Part shown: positions 59,950 to 64,000 of the stretch, piece after piece
How the letters are laid out: each line of letters starts with the position of its first letter
How positions within the stretch are numbered: the first letter of the stretch is position 1
DNA from: an uncultured Spirochaetota bacterium
GTDB taxonomy: Bacteria > Spirochaetota > Brevinematia > Brevinematales > JAOACQ01
Length of the DNA: 64,000 nucleotides
NCBI GenBank assembly: GCA_963768055.1
Contig: CAVYGN010000002.1
Coordinates: 1,504,001-1,568,000 of the forward strand
Reading direction: 5' to 3'
Position numbers and translations under genes: made by a program
Notes under the pieces: generated by a model
Databases searched by the model: none
Seen by the model: the letters and a program-made list of their open reading frames with translations, nothing else
Told to the model about the DNA's origin: nothing

Positions 59950-60981
59950 TTACCTCCAGATAAAAGGGGGATATTCATCTAGATCACCCCTGATATAACG
60001 GGCTAATAAAAGCGCCTGTGTATGAAACAACAACCCTATATGCATAGTTTCCCCGATAAATGGGTGTTCAAGGCACTCCTGTTTTCTTTTTTGATATGTT
60101 TCGAGAACTGTTTTTCTGGCTTTTTCATTCATCAGTACCGTACCGGAATCGGAAATTTCAAAATCTTTTGACTCAATCTGTCTGAGATTGATAAGAGAAA
60201 GCATTAATCTATCGGCAATTACAGGACGGAATTCTTCCATTAAATCAAGAGAGAGCGACAAACGTCCCGGCCTGTCCCGGTGCAAAAAACCTACAGCCGG
60301 GTCTAATCCAGTAGTTTCCAGCGCTGAACGCATATCATGGTAAAGTAATGTATACAAGAATGAAAGAATGCAATTAACCCGATCCATCGGGGGTCTTCTA
60401 TTACGGTCTTTCATAAAAAAGTCCTCTTTTTGGTTTAAAATCAAATGATCGAGCACCCCAAAATAGATCTTCGCTGTGTCACCCTCGATTCCTCGCATCA
60501 ATTCAAGGTCATTACATTTCATAACCTTATTAACAGATCTTTCTATCTGCTTCGATGCTTCTTCTAATGCTTTCTGATCAACCCTTTCAGAATGGTCCCG
60601 GAGGGCGCGTTCCACAACTGTACGGCAATTCATAAACTTTCCGATCAGAACATTACGTGCAATTAAGACTGAAAATTCCATAGAGTCGGACATCCTGTAT
60701 TGCGCTTTTCTCAGAAGCACATTGCCAGCAACCGGTCCCTGAACTCGGCAGAGAAATTTTCCATATTCTGTCATAAAACTAATGCTTATTCCTTTATTTG
60801 CGCAATGCCCAAGAAGGAAAGGGCTGACACGCACATTTCCGAAACAAACAATGCTGTTCAGATTTATAGCCGGGATTTTTAACAGTTCTTTTTTATTCAG
60901 TGAAACGACTATAGTTTCCCGTTCTTTATGTACATAGACTTTTTGTGTAGTTATATAAAGGGTATTCAATATGCGTTTCAT
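59950..60981 (-). CDS. cas1: Type I-C Cas1
   Basis: LNTLYITTQ, GNVLLRKAQY, RGIEG, RRPP.D..N..LSFLY, GFLHRDRPGR.SLSLDLMEEFR. Confidence 0.97.
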   Translation of the reverse strand: MKRILNTLYITTQKVYVHKERETIVVSLNKKELLKIPAINLNSIVCFGNVRVSPFLLGHCANKGISISFMTEYGKFLCRVQGPVAGNVLLRKAQYRMSDSMEFSVLIARNVLIGKFMNCRTVVERALRDHSERVDQKALEEASKQIERSVNKVMKCNDLELMRGIEGDTAKIYFGVLDHLILNQKEDFFMKDRNRRPPMDRVNCILSFLYTLLYHDMRSALETTGLDPAVGFLHRDRPGRLSLSLDLMEEFRPVIADRLMLSLINLRQIESKDFEISDSGTVLMNEKARKTVLETYQKRKQECLEHPFIGETMHIGLLFHTQALLLARYIRGDLDEYPPFIWR

Positions 60982-61628
60982 TATAGTTCCCCGAGTGGAG
61001 ATGAAGAGGAACCCTGTAATATCATCTTCTCAATATAATTTTTGACCCGCTGTTTTTTCCCGGTTATTTTCGGCTGACACTCATCGTAAAGCGAACAGGA
61101 ATCACATTTCTTAGAATACTCCGGCGGTGGAGTCTTTCCAGATTCCAGCATTTTCCGTACTTTTTGTGCGATCTCTTCCGTTCGATTACGTAAGGTTGGG
61201 GTTAATTCCACTTTCAAACGCTTTCTTGTTTTAAAATAGTAGATAAATCCTTCCGGTATCGAAATAGACAGCATTTCTTCCAGACAAAGCGCTTGAGCGC
61301 AAAGTTGTATGGTGTCCATCTCCTTCATTTTGGGCCTGCCTCGCTTATATTCTATGATACGGGAAATACCCGGAGAAAGCGTTTCAAGGACATCAACCTT
61401 GCCGGTAAGCCCCAGCCGGGATGAGTACAGCGGCAGTCCGAACGTAAGTTTTTTGTCTTTCCGGCTTTCGCTTTTACCGCTATGCGCCCTTTCATGTAAA
61501 ATTCTGCCTTCAGCCGTCAGGCCGTTTTCTTGCCATAGCTGTTCGATATGGATCAGCGCACACTGACGGGGACAGAAAACATAGTGCTGGAGAGCTGAAA
61601 TGAAGATGTAGTCAGATTCAGGGTACAT
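60981..61628 (-). CDS. cas4: Cas4 nuclease
   Basis: ISALQHYVFCPRQCALIHIE, GKVD, EYKRG, QLCAQALCLEEM, CDSCSL..C. Confidence 0.96.
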   Translation of the reverse strand: MYPESDYIFISALQHYVFCPRQCALIHIEQLWQENGLTAEGRILHERAHSGKSESRKDKKLTFGLPLYSSRLGLTGKVDVLETLSPGISRIIEYKRGRPKMKEMDTIQLCAQALCLEEMLSISIPEGFIYYFKTRKRLKVELTPTLRNRTEEIAQKVRKMLESGKTPPPEYSKKCDSCSLYDECQPKITGKKQRVKNYIEKMILQGSSSSPLGEL

Positions 61629-61633
61629 AAGAG

Positions 61634-62497
61634 TTATAACATTTCTGTTATTTTAACCCCTAAGGGTATTCCATCTTTCTTGATTGAAACGGAGTAATCT
61701 TTCCAATCACGCGGTAAATCTGCTTTCTTTTCAATCAAAACTCGTTCAAATAATTCTCCTGAACGAGCATTCCCGAGATGATTCGAATGTATAAAAACAA
61801 TCAGTTTTCTGGGGTTCATTTCACCACGTGCAGCAGCTCGGTCATGCTCAAAAGCGTTAAGCAGCGATTCCCAGAGCAGTGCAAGATCGTCCTCTGAAAA
61901 CCCTGTTTTAACAGCATCAACGGCAGAGACAAAGCCATGCATCCTGTAAAGAGCATAAGGAACAGTTGACTTTCTGCCGAAAGTTGATGCATGTTCCCTG
62001 TGCTCCTGAGCTTTTGCTTCTTTTTCTGTTGTAACAGCACAGCGAGTAATTGAATGTTCGGCTTGGTAAATTCTGTCTTCTGATCGGGAAAAAGTAAACT
62101 GGATCGGTCCGCGTAGTGTTCCTGATGGTTTATCGCCAACTGCTAAAACTGCACCAAACGCTCGAATATCATAATATTTTTCACAAAGTTTTTTCTGGCG
62201 ATCTTTAATAACATCTTGTTTCTCTTTTTTTTCTTCATTTTCAACTTCGGTATCTGCTATATCTTTACCTAGAATATTTCCTTGTCTAATAAATATATCA
62301 TAAGGTGATTTCTGTTCATGTTTCAATGCAACATAATTTCTGACCTTACGTTTTATGCAAACATCCGTTACCAGCCCCTCCTGATTTTCGGCGTCAGCGC
62401 GCGGCAGATTGGCCTGATCAGGGTCTCCGTTCGGATTGCCGTCTTTTACATCATAAAGATAAACAAAATCATACCGGTTTTTTATAATCTCACTCAT
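61634..62497 (-). CDS. cas7: Type I-C Cas7 (Csd2)
   Basis: DVKDGNPNGDPD..NLPR, TDVCIKRKVRNY, DIRAFGAV, GRK..VPYALY, HDRAAARG. Confidence 0.96.
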   Translation of the reverse strand: MSEIIKNRYDFVYLYDVKDGNPNGDPDQANLPRADAENQEGLVTDVCIKRKVRNYVALKHEQKSPYDIFIRQGNILGKDIADTEVENEEKKEKQDVIKDRQKKLCEKYYDIRAFGAVLAVGDKPSGTLRGPIQFTFSRSEDRIYQAEHSITRCAVTTEKEAKAQEHREHASTFGRKSTVPYALYRMHGFVSAVDAVKTGFSEDDLALLWESLLNAFEHDRAAARGEMNPRKLIVFIHSNHLGNARSGELFERVLIEKKADLPRDWKDYSVSIKKDGIPLGVKITEML

Positions 62498-62907
62498 TTT
62501 ATTTCCTCCTCAATGGCTTCTTTTAATTCCTTCTTTTCTTTGGCTTTTTCAAAAATTGCCTGTCTCTGGTGGTAATATCCGATGGCAAAAAAACCCTGAT
62601 CTTCTAAACTGAATATTGTCGGTAATTCATTAAGCTTTGCAACCAACTCGCATAATTCCTGATCAAAAATTACTGCAAGTCCGGCTTTTTCACCCTTAAG
62701 CTTGGTCAAATGATTCTGTGTTTGTTTCATAATTCTTCCAAATGTCGAAGAAGGGGTTGTGGATGCCGATGAAAAATATCGTTCCCTGATTCCTGCATTA
62801 ATCTCTTTACCTAACGCCGCACGCTGAATGCTTTCCATTACTGAAAATATTTGTCCCCAAACATAAGCTGTTTTAGTGTTTCCCGGGTCTAACTTTACCT
62901 GAATCAT
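62494..62907 (-). CDS. cas11: Probable internally translated Cas11c small subunit
   Basis: In-frame ATG at 62907 preceded at 7 nt by AGGAGG (62915-62920); 137-aa product. Confidence 0.75.
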   Translation of the reverse strand: MIQVKLDPGNTKTAYVWGQIFSVMESIQRAALGKEINAGIRERYFSSASTTPSSTFGRIMKQTQNHLTKLKGEKAGLAVIFDQELCELVAKLNELPTIFSLEDQGFFAIGYYHQRQAIFEKAKEKKELKEAIEEEIK

Positions 62908-64000
62908 AGGATAACCTCCTTTATTATTTCTATTTAATATCAATTTGATTAAAGCCGCGCGTTCCGGTGTTATGCCTTTATCATCTACCTGCGTCCGCTT
63001 TATTACTTCAGTCATAATCCAAAGGGGCGGAACGGAGTTTTTAAGTGCTGTATTCCAAAGATGAGAAGCAATTCTGGGAAGTGATGTATCATTATCAGCC
63101 TTATCGTTTTGACCACTTCTGGCCATTTCATAGAGACGAGAATAATGCACGACTGTATTCTTTAATTCCCAATCATATCTTACTATTTCAATATCTTTAA
63201 ACCATGAAGCAATTGACTTTTGGAAATCCTGCAAGCTTACCTCTATCCAGTCACGAACGGCAATCCTGGCCGCTGCACCAGAAAGGGTACAGGAATAAAA
63301 CCGGTCATCAGTTTCCAGATATTTACCAATACCAATCTCACCGGATGCTACAGAATTTATTAGGTTGGCGACTTCTCCTGTATTAGGCCGGTCAAGCAAA
63401 TCCATTTCGGATAGTTCTACATTATCTCTAGTCCAGAAAATCATCACGGTATCAAATCCTAATTTCTTGCGATTAGTATAACGAAAATCCTCTTTTACTT
63501 TCCTTTTTTTATCTTCAGTCTTAATTTTTTTTCCATTCGCCAATAAATAATTTAAACCTTCAACGTAAGTCCTGGCACAATTTGAACATATCGATGAGTT
63601 GTTATTTCCTTCTAATTCATAAGACTCAAAAGCATTAGCATTGTAAGATACAAGAGCACAGCCAGCTTTTTGGCCATCTGTAACATTTTTAATCATACCA
63701 TGTGGTTCATCTTCGACCGGATAATTTGACTTCCCACATAAGGAACAAACTTTTAAAGATGCGGACATTTTTTTGTTTTGATCATTTTCATAATTTTCAA
63801 TGATTTTTTTATAAACCGTAGGCTCTTCATGTACCCTGTTTCCCTTATTAATTAATCTAAAAGCAATATTCTCTGAGCGTTGTTTTTCTTCAATCTGTTT
63901 TTCATATAGTGATAAAGCTTTATCCAAACCGTTTGCCCGGTTTTCATTATAGAATGACAGAACAGATTTCAATTCAATTAACTCTTTGTAATCATTTATC
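62494..64000 (-). CDS. cas8c: Type I-C Cas8c (Csd1), 5' end beyond the window
   Basis: CSLCG, LVSYNANAFESY, AARIAVR, AY..G.IF..ME.IQ, QG.FAIGYYHQ; frame open to the window edge. Confidence 0.92.
   Translation of the reverse strand, partial: INDYKELIELKSVLSFYNENRANGLDKALSLYEKQIEEKQRSENIAFRLINKGNRVHEEPTVYKKIIENYENDQNKKMSASLKVCSLCGKSNYPVEDEPHGMIKNVTDGQKAGCALVSYNANAFESYELEGNNNSSICSNCARTYVEGLNYLLANGKKIKTEDKKRKVKEDFRYTNRKKLGFDTVMIFWTRDNVELSEMDLLDRPNTGEVANLINSVASGEIGIGKYLETDDRFYSCTLSGAAARIAVRDWIEVSLQDFQKSIASWFKDIEIVRYDWELKNTVVHYSRLYEMARSGQNDKADNDTSLPRIASHLWNTALKNSVPPLWIMTEVIKRTQVDDKGITPERAALIKLILNRNNKGGYPMIQVKLDPGNTKTAYVWGQIFSVMESIQRAALGKEINAGIRERYFSSASTTPSSTFGRIMKQTQNHLTKLKGEKAGLAVIFDQELCELVAKLNELPTIFSLEDQGFFAIGYYHQRQAIFEKAKEKKELKEAIEEEIK

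Overview
Bacterial chromosomal window, probably from a flagellated, LPS-making spirochaete (inferred from fliS, lpxD, lolA and spirochaete-type lipoproteins; taxonomy not verifiable here). Bases 1-49 kb are mostly housekeeping: a sigma54-type amtB-glnK-glnD cluster, tRNA-Leu(CAG), rsfS/lolA, lpxD, a 2-oxoacid:ferredoxin oxidoreductase operon, PBP1A, ispH, fabK-like-etfBA-acyl-CoA dehydrogenase, frr-uppS-cdsA and rsmH-truA. This part is interrupted by an IS1182-family element, several MITE/REP-like inverted repeats, and two paralogous lipoproteins with a shared N-terminal scaffold but different C-terminal heads. One head is an FGE/CLec domain whose 3' end resembles a diversity-generating-retroelement variable region; no TR or RT was found in the window. 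From about 49.1 kb there is a decayed accessory region: a headless 39-aa-repeat beta-propeller fragment, a nonsense-interrupted ankyrin gene, a Rep_3-like remnant, a complete Tn3-family transposon (38-bp IRs, TAGTA duplication) carrying a toxin-antitoxin pair and an acidic orphan, and a glycosyltransferase frameshifted at a G9 tract. The window ends in a type I-C CRISPR-Cas locus with a 5-repeat array and an internal cas11 start in cas8c.
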